Of a stretch of DNA of 64,000 bases, positions 37,771 through 47,650 are shown one piece after another. Position 1 is the stretch's first letter, and every line of letters begins with the position of its first letter. The notes beneath the pieces were generated by a model, which saw only the letters and a program-made list of their open reading frames with translations, searched no databases and was not told the origin of the DNA. The translations under genes were made by a program, and so were the position numbers. This DNA comes from Candidatus Uhrbacteria bacterium (GTDB lineage Bacteria; Patescibacteriota; Patescibacteriia; UBA9934; GWF2-40-263): NCBI GenBank assembly GCA_016188495.1, contig JACPHU010000006.1, positions 1,857-65,856 of the forward strand, in the 5' to 3' direction.

Positions 37771-40044
37771 TTATCTTCTCGCCGTTGCTCCGCTTGTCAC
37801 GTCTTCCAAGTGAATAGACAGAAGGTTTGAGATCCCTTCTTCACCCATGGTCACTCCGTACAGAACATCGGCTTGTTCCATAGTCGCACGGTTGTGAGTA
37901 ATGATGATGAACTGGGAGTTCTTGGAGAGTTCTTGAAGGATCGAGGCAAAACGGATGGTGTTGGATTCGTCCAGTGCCGCGTCTACTTCATCCAAGAGTA
38001 CAAATGGAGAGGGATTTACGGCCATGATCGCGCTGATGAGGGCGATAGAGGTCAACGCACGTTCTCCTCCAGAGAGAAGATTGAGTGCTTTGAGTTTTTT
38101 GCCGGGAGGCGTGGCTTGAATTTCTACACCGATGATTGGATCTTGATGTTTTTCAAGTTTTTCTTCTATGAGTTCCTCTTTTCCTCGAGCTTCCTCACCC
38201 GTGTCTGAGAACGCACGCTCTGCGGAAACTTCCGTTTCTGGTTCAGGGAGAAGTTCTTCGCGCGTAAGTTTTACCAAAGCGCAAGATCCTCCTCCGAAAA
38301 GCATTTTGAAATACCGTTCGAATTCTTTGTTGATTTTTTGAAAGATCGTCTTAGATTGCTTATCGATTTGTTCGTCTAATTCTTCGATTACCTGTTCGGT
38401 CGCTTTGATTCCTTTTTTTAAATCGTCGATCTGTCCATCTAAGAATTCGTAGCGTTCACGGGTCTCTTCATATTCTTTCATGATTTCCGGATCGATTCCC
38501 CCGATGATTTCAAGTTTATAACGCAGTCGTTGGATTTCGCTGTAGACATCGGCGGGTTGGGGCGAAGCCTGTTCCTGGGTTGGACGGTTGGATCGAATCA
38601 CGACCGCGCGTTCTTTCAGAAATTCATTCATTTCTCGGATGAGTCCTTGCTGGCGTTCCTCAAATCGCGCTAGGTTGATCTGCATGTCATTACGGCGATT
38701 TTCAAATAAATGGATTTGTCGTTGTTTTTCGCGCAACGCCCGTTGGGTTTCAATGAATTCCGTGCGTTCGGTTTTTTCCTGCTTGGCGTAAGCGTCTATC
38801 TGTGTTTCCAAGACTTTTTGTTCCTGTTCAGCGACTCGTTCTTGTTCTTTGAGATCTTTCAATTTTTGTACAAGGATAGGATCCGGTTTGATGTCTTCTG
38901 GATTGGGACGTTGAAGATTTTTAGAAAGCTTACCGGAGCGTTCCAAGAGGGCGTCGATTTTTTCAAGAATTTCAGAGAGTTCTTTTTTGTCTTTAAGTTG
39001 GCGTAATTCTTCTACGAGCCAATCGACTTCTTGCACGATTTTTAACAGCGGCAATGGAGCCCAATTGGATTGCGCCCGCACACGTGCGAGTTCGATGTTT
39101 TTTTCGGTTTGGAATTGTTCATTGCGGAGGTTGCTGTGCTTTTGCTGCGCTGCGCGATAGGCTTGCTGCAGCTTGATCAACCCCTCGTCTGGCGCCTGAT
39201 CGACCTGTTCGAGCTTATCGACGGCAGCTTCCAGCTCCGTGAGTGCTTTTCTTTCCAGTTTGATCGCATCGTTGCTTTGTTCAAACTGATGTTTTGCCTG
39301 TTCTAATTGATCGATTAATGTCCACCATTGGTCTCCATAATAGAGAGTTTCCAGTGTATGAAGTTGTGTTTGTACTTCTTCCCGCTGCTCAAGCCGGCTT
39401 ACTTGTCTTTTGAGCGAACGCAATCGCGGTTCGATTTCGCGCAATAACATCTCGACGTCGATTAAGTTTTCATGCGTGCGTTTGAGTTTTAAAATCGCTT
39501 CATGCCGTTTGATCTGAAAGGGCTTAACGCCTGTGGCATCATCAAAAAAAGCTTTGCGTTCCTCAGGGGTGGAGACCAAAATGTGATCAATCATGCCTTG
39601 ACCTACGACCGAATACGAACGTTGACCGACATTGGCTTGAGCTAAAAGCAAATGGATATCCTGTAGACGCGCGTGCGTTTCGTTGAGAAGATATTCAGAC
39701 GTTCCATCTCGAAACAAGCGGCGAGTAATCGTGACATGGGGATATTCAATCGGCATGGACGAGTCTTCGTTATTGAGACAGATGCTGACTTCTGCAAAAC
39801 CGGCTCGTCCTTTTCCTTCAGAACCCGAAAAGATGACATCTTCAGAATTTTTTCCACGCAGCAATTTGAGACTCTGTTCCCCCAAAACCCACCGGATGGC
39901 ATCAGCAAGATTGGATTTTCCCGACCCGTTGGGTCCCACAATCGCGGTAATGGGTGTTCGATCCTCGGTGGGTGGCAGGAAAGAAAGAGCTGTTTTTTTT
40001 GCAAAGGTTTTAAACCCCTGGAGTTCGATTTTCGTCAGATGCAT
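37771..40044 (-). CDS. smc: SMC-family ATPase, short form (757 aa) without a recognizable hinge domain
   Basis: The N-terminal Walker A is ITAIVGPNGSGKSNLADAIRWVLGEQS. The C-terminal signature is LSGGERALTSIALISAI with Walker B VLLDEVDAALD. The ~400-aa middle is pure coiled coil with no Gly-rich hinge and no CxxC hook. Confidence 0.8.
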   Translation of the reverse strand: MHLTKIELQGFKTFAKKTALSFLPPTEDRTPITAIVGPNGSGKSNLADAIRWVLGEQSLKLLRGKNSEDVIFSGSEGKGRAGFAEVSICLNNEDSSMPIEYPHVTITRRLFRDGTSEYLLNETHARLQDIHLLLAQANVGQRSYSVVGQGMIDHILVSTPEERKAFFDDATGVKPFQIKRHEAILKLKRTHENLIDVEMLLREIEPRLRSLKRQVSRLEQREEVQTQLHTLETLYYGDQWWTLIDQLEQAKHQFEQSNDAIKLERKALTELEAAVDKLEQVDQAPDEGLIKLQQAYRAAQQKHSNLRNEQFQTEKNIELARVRAQSNWAPLPLLKIVQEVDWLVEELRQLKDKKELSEILEKIDALLERSGKLSKNLQRPNPEDIKPDPILVQKLKDLKEQERVAEQEQKVLETQIDAYAKQEKTERTEFIETQRALREKQRQIHLFENRRNDMQINLARFEERQQGLIREMNEFLKERAVVIRSNRPTQEQASPQPADVYSEIQRLRYKLEIIGGIDPEIMKEYEETRERYEFLDGQIDDLKKGIKATEQVIEELDEQIDKQSKTIFQKINKEFERYFKMLFGGGSCALVKLTREELLPEPETEVSAERAFSDTGEEARGKEELIEEKLEKHQDPIIGVEIQATPPGKKLKALNLLSGGERALTSIALISAIMAVNPSPFVLLDEVDAALDESNTIRFASILQELSKNSQFIIITHNRATMEQADVLYGVTMGEEGISNLLSIHLEDVTSGATARR

Positions 40045-40112
40045 ACGCGTTGATTATAGCATGGGCGTTGACCATTTTTTGAGGCTAGGGTAGCTTACGA
40101 TGTTTTCTTCTT

Positions 40113-41078
40113 ATGGAATCGTATCTTCACCATCAAATCCACAACCATCTGTTAAACGCACGGCATCCCGTGTTTATTTCCGATGAACGGATCGACGGAG
40201 ACAGTTTAGGATCCGCACTGGCTTTGGCCGATTATTTGGCTCAACAAGGCAAAATCGTTCCTGTGTATGTTGCCTCACCCATCCCAGAGCAATACCAGCG
40301 TCTTCCGCGTATCCATCAGTGCACGACAGATTTGTCGATTTTCGAACATCCGAATATTGATGTGGTCGTCGTCTTCGATTGTTCTGATGCGTCTTTTATT
40401 CAAAAGATTTTGGAACGGGTTTCCTCCGATCCGATCGTTATCAACATTGATCATCATAAGACCAATAGCCGCTACGGACAGGTGAACCAGGTCATTGTGG
40501 ATGCTCCGGCGACAGCTGCGGTGATCCATCAGTTTTTTGAAACCAATCATATTCTTCCGTCTCGGGACGCTGCGACGTGTTTACTGACAGGATTATGTTT
40601 TGATACAACGGCCTTTTCTAATTCTGCCACAAATGAACGCGCTTTGGATGCCGCTTCTAAGCTTTTGTTACAAGGAGCGCGTATTCAAGACGTAATCCAA
40701 GCCATGTTTCATAATCGTTCGATTTCCGCTTTGCGCGTCTGGGGTTTGGCATTGGAACGATTAGAAGAGGATTCTAAGCAAGGGATGATTACCACCTATT
40801 TAACGCGTAAAGATATTGAGCAGAATCATGTAAGCGATGATGAAATAGATGGGCTTTCTAATTTCTTAAATCTTGTGACAGACATGGATACTCTTCAGGT
40901 CTTGCGTGAAACACCCGAGGGTCACGTGAAAGTTTCTTTGCGCTCCCTTACGAAGGATGTTTCTAAGATCGCTCAGGCTTATGGGGGAGGCGGACATATG
41001 CGCGCGGCCGGTTATGTTATTTCCAACGCCCGTTTAGTCTGCGATGCTCATCAGTGTTGGAGGGTGGAACATCAATAA
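40113..41078 (+). CDS. nrnA: DHH-DHHA1 phosphoesterase, NrnA-type bifunctional oligoribonuclease/pAp phosphatase
   Basis: Motifs are [32 protein letters not shown] and C-terminal GGGHMRAAG. Confidence 0.8.
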   Translation: MESYLHHQIHNHLLNARHPVFISDERIDGDSLGSALALADYLAQQGKIVPVYVASPIPEQYQRLPRIHQCTTDLSIFEHPNIDVVVVFDCSDASFIQKILERVSSDPIVINIDHHKTNSRYGQVNQVIVDAPATAAVIHQFFETNHILPSRDAATCLLTGLCFDTTAFSNSATNERALDAASKLLLQGARIQDVIQAMFHNRSISALRVWGLALERLEEDSKQGMITTYLTRKDIEQNHVSDDEIDGLSNFLNLVTDMDTLQVLRETPEGHVKVSLRSLTKDVSKIAQAYGGGGHMRAAGYVISNARLVCDAHQCWRVEHQ

Positions 41079-41101
41079 AAAACCGTGTAGACTTGGATCG
41101 T

Positions 41102-41722
41102 ATGAATAACCTTGATATTCGTTCTCAATTTGAGGACCCCACCGATTCTATTCTTATTCCAACCGTGATCGAAAAGACCCATGCAGGAGAAAGAGCGTAT
41201 GATATTTATTCCCGTCTGCTTAAAGATCGCATTATTTTTCTTGGAACAGAGATTGACGACACGGTCGCCAATCTGATTATCGCTCAAATGCTTTTTTTGG
41301 AGAGCCAAGATAAGACAAAAGATATTAAGTTGTATATTAATTCTCCTGGTGGGTCCGTCACGTCCGGTTTGGCCATTTACGATGCGATGCAATACGTAAA
41401 GCCCGACGTCTCAACCATTTGTGTGGGTATGGCCGCCTCTATGGGAGCTGTCTTATTGGCCGCAGGAGCCAAAGGGAAGCGTTTTGTTCTCCCAAATTCA
41501 GAAGTGATGATTCATCAAGTCTTGGGAGGAGTTCAGGGCCAAGCCACGGATATTAAGATTCACGCTGAGCGTATTCTTAAGATGAAGGATCAACTTAATA
41601 GTATTTTGGCTAAACATACAGGAAAGAAAAAAGCCATTGTTGAACAAGATACAGAGCGCGATTATTTCTTAGACGCTGCCGAGGCTGTGAAGTACGGACT
41701 CGTTGATAAGTTGATTAAGTAA
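41102..41722 (+). CDS. clpP: ATP-dependent Clp protease proteolytic subunit
   Basis: Motifs are [16 protein letters not shown], the catalytic Ser in [11 protein letters not shown], and the His in MIHQVLGG. Confidence 0.9.
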   Translation: MNNLDIRSQFEDPTDSILIPTVIEKTHAGERAYDIYSRLLKDRIIFLGTEIDDTVANLIIAQMLFLESQDKTKDIKLYINSPGGSVTSGLAIYDAMQYVKPDVSTICVGMAASMGAVLLAAGAKGKRFVLPNSEVMIHQVLGGVQGQATDIKIHAERILKMKDQLNSILAKHTGKKKAIVEQDTERDYFLDAAEAVKYGLVDKLIK

Positions 41723-41796
41723 TTAAACGATAGATCACAAACCGTTTAAGAAAGGGTATATCGCGTGGATAAAAGGGGGACATGTAGCGTCAAAAT

Positions 41797-41827
41797 AAAA
41801 AATGGGCTTTTTAGCCCATTTTTTTTG
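41797..41827 (+). terminator. intrinsic terminator after clpP
   Basis: An A-run precedes the hairpin aatgggct/agcccatt, and a T8 run follows. Confidence 0.8.
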
Positions 41828-41842
41828 ATATAAATTGAAACT

Positions 41843-41871
41843 TGTCACGCTATTTTGAATGCGGTATGATG
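41843..41871 (+). promoter_or_regulatory. sigma70-like promoter with no downstream ORF
   Basis: TTGTCA, a 17-nt spacer, then TATGAT with an upstream TG. Confidence 0.45.
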
Positions 41872-41877
41872 ACTCAT

Positions 41878-42108
41878 GTCCAGATACTTGACATTTTTTT
41901 CAGATCTGTGTAGTCTTAACCGTTACCTGAGTTTTCTTTTCGCTCTCGGGTAAATATTGTATAGAGTGATCTGCGGGCACGACAAGCATGGGATTTCAAT
42001 GTGTGGATACATCAGGCTTTGCGCTCGATCTATCCTTACATGAAATTTCTTGCCTGCAGATCACTCTGTGGAATGAACAATGATTCGCCTTGTGCGGATC
42101 ATTTTTTA
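41878..42108 (+). ncRNA. candidate sRNA (~230 nt) delimited by a promoter and an intrinsic terminator in a 480-nt gap between convergent genes
   Basis: Internal 17-bp inverted repeats sit at 41963-41979 and 42050-42066. The terminator hairpin atgattcgc/gcggatcat is followed by a T6 run. Only a 31-codon ORF without an RBS is present. Confidence 0.35.
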
Positions 42109-42206
42109 TTTCTCAACATTCATCCAGTGAACATATCGATTTTACGACTGACGTGAGGCGAGTGCAAGCAAATTACTGTGGATAGATACAATCCATTCTC
42201 TCTTCT

Positions 42207-44111
42207 TTAAGATTCTTCTGGTTTTTTTTCCGTATCCGTTGGAACAGATGTTTCACTATTCTCTCCTGTTTCTTCTTCTACAACGGGTTCTACTCCAACC
42301 AGACAAATTTCTGGAAGAGGTCGATAGTGGGATTCAAATAGTGTCTCTTCTTTTTCTCCGTCGGGTCCAATGACGGTGTAGACAAACGATGTATCTGCTC
42401 CTATATGAGCGCTCTGACACTTTTGTTTTCCTGGTTCAAGATCTGTCGTTTCGATTCGTTTTGTTTCTCCTACCGGTATCCATCGTGAAACCACGGGAGG
42501 GGTGTAGGAACCCACACGTCCATCGGATGTTCCCCAGAGAGTGAATTCTAATTCTTGAGTATCGGTAAGGTTTTTTGCTTGAAAAAGAATATAGTGCCCT
42601 GTGTCGTTGGTAAATTTAAAATCTGGAGAAGGTTCGTAGATGGTTGCATCTGTTCCAGGATTTCCATTGCCGGGGTCATTGTAATAGGAGACAACTAAAG
42701 AATGGTTCCTGCGCTCTACCACAGGAAGTCCAGAGTTCATGACGGAGCGAAAGGTGGTGGTTCCAATTTGGCACAGACCGCCTCCCATTTCTGGTTCGAT
42801 TTTTTCTCCTTTAATGACCAGTTCTGGTAAGTAACCATTGGCTGAGGTAAACGGGGCGAGAGCCTTGATCAAGGAAAAAGTTTCTCCAGGAGCAATTAAA
42901 AGACCGTCAAGCAGACTGACTCCATTCTGGATATTTCCGCGTCGATTCACGGGGCTTCCTCGATAGCTTGAAGTTCCTGTTCCCAATATTTGTGTAATAC
43001 CCAGATTATTCACGTCTTGAGTTTTTACTTCTGGTTCTTCTATTTGAAGCGCGAGTTCTATGGGTTGTGAAGAGGCTGATTGAACCGCTTGCGTCAGGAG
43101 TTCTTTCATTATTGTTACATCCACTCTTTTCCCTTCTTTGCTTTCAACAAAATCAACAACACGTCCGTTTTCAATGTTCAGACGAGCGTTTTGTGCTGGA
43201 TGATCGGTTTGATCTGCGATTGGCTGGATCCAGGCCTCAAGCTGTTCTTCCGAAAGTTGAATCTGTTGTGCTCCTGGTTCAAGCATTTGCGAGAGTGTTT
43301 CGGCAGTGAGTTCCCATGTGGTTTCTTCTTGTGGCAAAACAACGGTATAAGGTGCGGTATTGAGTGCAGCAAGCGCTTCTGTTTTTTGACCGGAAGCTTT
43401 TCCTTTGGAAACCGTTGGCAACTGATTTTCCAAAGAGAGTTCGATCGTAGACGTGTCTAATAGAGAAAGATGTTGAGAGAGGGTTTCAAAAAACGCATTC
43501 CATTTAAAAACCCCTCCCGTTGTTCCTGCTTGAACCGTGACTTCCCATTGGTTATTTGGGCGGGTAAATAAAAATCCCGCGTTTTTCGCAAGGTGTTCAG
43601 CGTCAGGATAAAGAGAAGAAATATTTGTTTTGAGCCGGTCTTCTTGGAGAGAAAGAGGGATGGCTATCTCTGTTTTTTGAGTGAGCTGAATAAACATGTT
43701 CCAAGCATCTGCCAGGACGTTTCGTGCATGGGGACGCATGGCTGTTGAGAGTGCGGTATCTAAATCAAATATGACGTCTTCTCTGGCATCTGAAGAAGCA
43801 AGTGTTGCCAGATCAAGTGTTTTTTTATGATCCCGGAACGTCACTTGGATTCCTTGTGTCAATACCGTATCTATTTTTTCTTGAAGTTTTTGACGTACGT
43901 CTTCAGGATCCATACCACTGACATGCATTTGAGCAATGGATGTATTTGGAGGAATGCGCCCCTCAAATGATTGAGCCCACAGGTACAGACCCGTGGTAAA
44001 AAAAAGGATTCCGGATAAGACCGAAACCAACATGACTTTGGTGATAATCCAAAAAGTTCCCGAAAATGTATTCGAGGCGGCGTGTTTATCTTCAGGACGA
44101 TGTTCGTGCAT
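42207..44111 (-). CDS. VanW-family protein with N-terminal membrane anchor
   Basis: The TM helix is FWIITKVMLVSVLSGILFFTTGLYLW. The VanW core is GGGLCQIGTTTFRSVMNSGLPVVERRNHSLVVSYY. Confidence 0.75.
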   Translation of the reverse strand: MHEHRPEDKHAASNTFSGTFWIITKVMLVSVLSGILFFTTGLYLWAQSFEGRIPPNTSIAQMHVSGMDPEDVRQKLQEKIDTVLTQGIQVTFRDHKKTLDLATLASSDAREDVIFDLDTALSTAMRPHARNVLADAWNMFIQLTQKTEIAIPLSLQEDRLKTNISSLYPDAEHLAKNAGFLFTRPNNQWEVTVQAGTTGGVFKWNAFFETLSQHLSLLDTSTIELSLENQLPTVSKGKASGQKTEALAALNTAPYTVVLPQEETTWELTAETLSQMLEPGAQQIQLSEEQLEAWIQPIADQTDHPAQNARLNIENGRVVDFVESKEGKRVDVTIMKELLTQAVQSASSQPIELALQIEEPEVKTQDVNNLGITQILGTGTSSYRGSPVNRRGNIQNGVSLLDGLLIAPGETFSLIKALAPFTSANGYLPELVIKGEKIEPEMGGGLCQIGTTTFRSVMNSGLPVVERRNHSLVVSYYNDPGNGNPGTDATIYEPSPDFKFTNDTGHYILFQAKNLTDTQELEFTLWGTSDGRVGSYTPPVVSRWIPVGETKRIETTDLEPGKQKCQSAHIGADTSFVYTVIGPDGEKEETLFESHYRPLPEICLVGVEPVVEEETGENSETSVPTDTEKKPEES

Positions 44112-44133
44112 ATACTGAGGACGGAAGGGGATA

Positions 44134-44529
44134 TTAAAGATCTTCTATTTCTAAGACAGAAATTTTTTTGTCTTTTTCTTTCTTTTTCATTTTGATTGTC
44201 AGGATTCCTTGTTTGAGCGTTGCTTGCACGTTATCCGCATCTACTTGACTAGGAAGAATAATCGTACGGGAGAAAGATCCCCAGTGACATTCTTGCACAT
44301 GGATTTGGTCAGATGACCGTTGTTCATATTCATGACTGCGAATGCCACGAATCGTCAGTGTGTCGTCTAAAAGACTAATATCCAGATTTTGGGTTTTTAC
44401 GCCGGCAATGGCTGAGCGGACGATCAGTTCCTCTCGTGTTTCAATCACATCAACCGAAAGCTTGCCTTCTTGTGTAGAAAGCCAATCGCTCAAACCTAAA
44501 GAAAGATCCTTCTGAGACATAGATGGCAT
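44134..44529 (-). CDS. Hsp20/alpha-crystallin family small heat-shock protein
   Basis: An ACD-like region (LTIRGIRS...GSFSRTIILP...GILTI) is present. The length is 131 aa. Confidence 0.7.
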   Translation of the reverse strand: MPSMSQKDLSLGLSDWLSTQEGKLSVDVIETREELIVRSAIAGVKTQNLDISLLDDTLTIRGIRSHEYEQRSSDQIHVQECHWGSFSRTIILPSQVDADNVQATLKQGILTIKMKKKEKDKKISVLEIEDL

Positions 44530-45320
44530 TATTGTACCTTATCAAGTTTAGATTCTACTAATGTTTCCATTGTCGCGGAGATACTCCAGAGCAATTCGAA
44601 GAGTTGTTGATAGGTTTCTCGTAAGGTTCGGCTTTCTACCGCCCAATGGATCCCTTCTCCTGTGGTGGTGAAAAAAGCGACGGTATCATCCCAAAAAGAG
44701 ATGCTTGTACGAAAGGTTAATTCAGGAGGAAGGAATCGTGCCTCACGAAGTTCTCGTCCATGAACCGCCCGATTATACTTTTTTATTTCATGTTCGCGTA
44801 TGCGTAAACTTTTGAGTTTTACACCAGCTTTCACCCTTCGACGGGAATAATGATATTTTTCCCCGATGATTTCTTGAAAATCTTTTGCGGAAACGATTTC
44901 ATAAACGATCTTATTTTTGCACGCAAGACTCATGTTGAAGAGTTCTGTTACTCGTTCTCGCTGAAAGACACGAAGCTTGGGTGTCAGAGGCGAATCGGTT
45001 TTAAGTTTTTCCAGCAATGGAAGGATTCCAGCTACTCCGTTGGCTTGCTCTTTTAAGATCATGCGAAACACATCAGGATCACTCGCTTCAAAAAGACTGC
45101 GAGTTTTTTGTTTTGTGACCTCAACGACTCCTCGTTCAACCAATCGATTCATGGACGATTGGACCGTGCTTACAGGTAACCGAAGTCTTCTTGAGAGTGG
45201 GGTCAGGCTTGTTTTGCCTTGTGCCAAGAGTCCCAAATAGACCTCCTGGTCCTTTGGATTAAAGCCAAAAGAGGTAAGAACCTCGGTGATTTCTTTTTGT
45301 TCTGTGAAGCTAAGATTCAT
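44529..45320 (-). CDS. TrmB-family transcriptional regulator, translationally coupled to the hsp20 gene
   Basis: The N-terminal wHTH is KDQEVYLGLLAQGKTSLTPLSRRLRLPVSTVQSSMNRLVERGVV. Its stop overlaps the hsp20 start by 1 nt. Confidence 0.7.
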   Translation of the reverse strand: MNLSFTEQKEITEVLTSFGFNPKDQEVYLGLLAQGKTSLTPLSRRLRLPVSTVQSSMNRLVERGVVEVTKQKTRSLFEASDPDVFRMILKEQANGVAGILPLLEKLKTDSPLTPKLRVFQRERVTELFNMSLACKNKIVYEIVSAKDFQEIIGEKYHYSRRRVKAGVKLKSLRIREHEIKKYNRAVHGRELREARFLPPELTFRTSISFWDDTVAFFTTTGEGIHWAVESRTLRETYQQLFELLWSISATMETLVESKLDKVQ

Positions 45321-45507
45321 ATCTACGAGATTTTTCGTAAATAAATTTAACGATCATTTTGCTAAATGATAACACTTTTTAATTTTCTGTCTACTTTATC
45401 ACGAATATTTATAGAGAAAAAAACAAGATATCGGCATGATGGTCTTGCAAGTGAGGAGATTGCAACAAACAGATTTCAAACGTTCATTCAAAAATAAGGA
45501 GACCATC

Positions 45508-45753
45508 ATGAAAGTGATTACTGAAGGTCGGGCACAGAAGGGTTGGGCTAAAGAGTTTGTCTGTACGGGCGAGGGCAATGGCGGCGGAGGATGCGCCGCC
45601 GTGCTCTTGGTCGAATTTAATGACCTCTATATTACCCATCGGTACTGTTACAACGAACACGATACATTCACCACATTTCGGTGTGTGGCGTGTGGAGTAG
45701 AAACAGATATTAAACACTATACAGGCCCCTCTGTTACGCGGGGTCGGTCATAA
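45508..45753 (+). CDS. hypothetical small Cys-rich protein (82 aa)
   Basis: AAGGAG lies 7 nt before the ATG. It has a Gly-rich loop CTGEGNGGGGCAAV and C-terminal CVACG. Confidence 0.5.
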   Translation: MKVITEGRAQKGWAKEFVCTGEGNGGGGCAAVLLVEFNDLYITHRYCYNEHDTFTTFRCVACGVETDIKHYTGPSVTRGRS

Positions 45754-45764
45754 AGGAGAATGAT

Positions 45765-46184
45765 ATGTCGAAGGTGATCGATACGGTTGACGGAGTGTTG
45801 GTGTGCGATGGCCGTGTGCTCTTGATCGAGCGAACAAAGCCTCCGTTTGAAGACAAGTATGTCTTCCCAGGAGGTCATGTGGAAGAAGGGGAATCGTTCA
45901 CAGAGGCGGCGGTACGAGAGCTTCAGGAAGAGGTCGGGGTGGAAGTCTCCGCATCTGACCTCAATTATCTGATGAAGCTTGATGCCCCAGGTCGCGATCC
46001 TCGGCCAGGCGAACGTGTCGCTCATGTGTTCTGGATGCGAGTTTGTGCGAGCGTATTTGAAACTGCCGCAGCCGGATCTGACGCACGGGCGATTCACATT
46101 CTTTCTTTGAGCGAGATCTCTGCTGAAATGATGGGGTTTGATCACTATCTGGCTATTGAACGATTGCGGGAGGTGCTACTGTGA
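45765..46184 (+). CDS. NUDIX hydrolase
   Basis: The Nudix box is GGHVEEGESFTEAAVRELQEEVGV. An AAAGGAG RBS is present. Confidence 0.85.
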   Translation: MSKVIDTVDGVLVCDGRVLLIERTKPPFEDKYVFPGGHVEEGESFTEAAVRELQEEVGVEVSASDLNYLMKLDAPGRDPRPGERVAHVFWMRVCASVFETAAAGSDARAIHILSLSEISAEMMGFDHYLAIERLREVLL

Positions 46185-46420
46185 TGGTCCATAGCCGTCC
46201 TGAACTTCCTACGTGGAGTCTCACTCTGCACTGCACCAATCCGTGGTGTTGGATCCGAATGATTGTAGAACAGAAAGATGTTCGCTTTGGTTCTTACCCG
46301 GATGATAAACCTCTTAAAGGACAAGGCTTTTACTTTCACTGTCCTAACTGTAGGAAAGTGTTCGCTGTCCATGAAAGCATGCTCTTTACTCCTCATGTCG
46401 AGAAACTTCTGAGCGAATAA
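46181..46420 (+). CDS. hypothetical zinc-ribbon protein (79 aa)
   Basis: It overlaps the nudix stop in an ATGA arrangement. Cys pairs are CTNPWC and CPNC. Confidence 0.45.
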   Translation: MMVHSRPELPTWSLTLHCTNPWCWIRMIVEQKDVRFGSYPDDKPLKGQGFYFHCPNCRKVFAVHESMLFTPHVEKLLSE

Positions 46421-46427
46421 AAAACGC

Positions 46428-46457
46428 AAAACCCAGGAACGCATCCTGGGTTTTTTG
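46428..46457. terminator. bidirectional intrinsic terminator
   Basis: The hairpin cccagga/tcctggg is followed by a T6 run. It lies between convergent genes. Confidence 0.75.
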
Positions 46458-47168
46458 TTATTTCAATTGATATCTTCTTAACCATTCGTAGAGCGGGCCG
46501 ATCGTAAATCCGACCACGGCTGCCCAGAGAATTTCTTCCAAGGGGATTCCGCCGATGACAAAAGAAGAGAGAATATCGAATTTCCAAAAAGATGCCGCCT
46601 CAAGAGGAAATAAACGTACAAAGAATAGTTGTTCAACGATAAATATCAGCGCCGCCATAAAGAATCCTGAGAGAAGGGCGTTCATCGTGAGGTCGTGACG
46701 ATCTGCAATGACATACATCCCCACAAGCAGACCGCCCACAATGACCGCTTGAATGCTGATGAGATGAAAAACAGAAATCATCAATAAAGACACGAAGATC
46801 CATAAACCCAATACGAGAATAAGGTGTCCAACCCAATGTCCAAGATGTTTGATCTCATAACGGCTTCCACGGAATTTGTGGACATGTTTTCCAATCAATA
46901 CCTGATAGATCACGGCGGAGATTCCAAAAAAAGAAAAGGTGAAGAGCAGATCCTCAATGCCGATTGCTGAGATCGTGTCTGAAATGATATTTCGAAAATC
47001 ATGGATCGCAATCAGGAGAATTCCCGGTGAAAGAATAAGTCCCACAATACTCATGATGAACTGTTCTTTGCGCGTTTCATTTGAAAACAGAAAAAACAAA
47101 AGCCACAGAACAAAAAAGATTAACGACACTAAAAGAAAAGGAGTCATAGTGAGGGTATTGTACCTCAA
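46458..47168 (-). CDS. lycopene cyclase domain-containing integral membrane protein (two domain repeats)
   Basis: It has 6-7 TM helices and the conserved PLEE-x-LW motif (GIPLEEILWAAVVGF). Confidence 0.6.
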   Translation of the reverse strand: MRYNTLTMTPFLLVSLIFFVLWLLFFLFSNETRKEQFIMSIVGLILSPGILLIAIHDFRNIISDTISAIGIEDLLFTFSFFGISAVIYQVLIGKHVHKFRGSRYEIKHLGHWVGHLILVLGLWIFVSLLMISVFHLISIQAVIVGGLLVGMYVIADRHDLTMNALLSGFFMAALIFIVEQLFFVRLFPLEAASFWKFDILSSFVIGGIPLEEILWAAVVGFTIGPLYEWLRRYQLK

Positions 47169-47280
47169 AATGAAACGATTTTGGATAATCGACGATTGAC
47201 ATAGGCCTAGAATCTGGTAGAGTCTCGCGAGGGTTTTTATTCAGAACCCTCCACATTCTAACCTTCAGCTGTTTGAGGAG

Positions 47281-47529
47281 TTGTGTATGACAGTGGGGTC
47301 CAAAAGCTCGCCAGAATGGATTAAGGAGGTGTTGGGGTGGATTGAGGAAGAGCTTATTTCTCCTTCTCCTCAGTCTCTTTCCTCTACCTCTTCTTGCCAG
47401 AGGAATGTACAGCGTATCCCTGTGGAAGAGCAGGGACGTTCTTCTGTGGAATCTGGACAGGTTTTTTCTGATGGATTCCAACAGCTTTCTGTTCAAAGGT
47501 CGAAAGTGGGTGCCATGAACACCTACTGA
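47281..47529 (+). CDS. hypothetical small protein (82 aa)
   Basis: A GAGGAG RBS lies 8 nt before the ATG. A terminator follows at 47544-47580. Confidence 0.4.
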   Translation: MCMTVGSKSSPEWIKEVLGWIEEELISPSPQSLSSTSSCQRNVQRIPVEEQGRSSVESGQVFSDGFQQLSVQRSKVGAMNTY

Positions 47530-47543
47530 CCTTGTTCGTTCTT

Positions 47544-47580
47544 GCCGCCATATCCGATTGCTTCGGAATGGCGGTTTTTT
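47544..47580 (+). terminator. intrinsic terminator
   Basis: The hairpin gccgccat...atggcgg is followed by a T6 run. Confidence 0.7.
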
Positions 47581-47650
47581 ATATGAGTCCTATTTGAAAT
47601 AAAAAAACCTGCATCAGTATTGATACAGGATTTGTGTCTGGGTATCGTTT

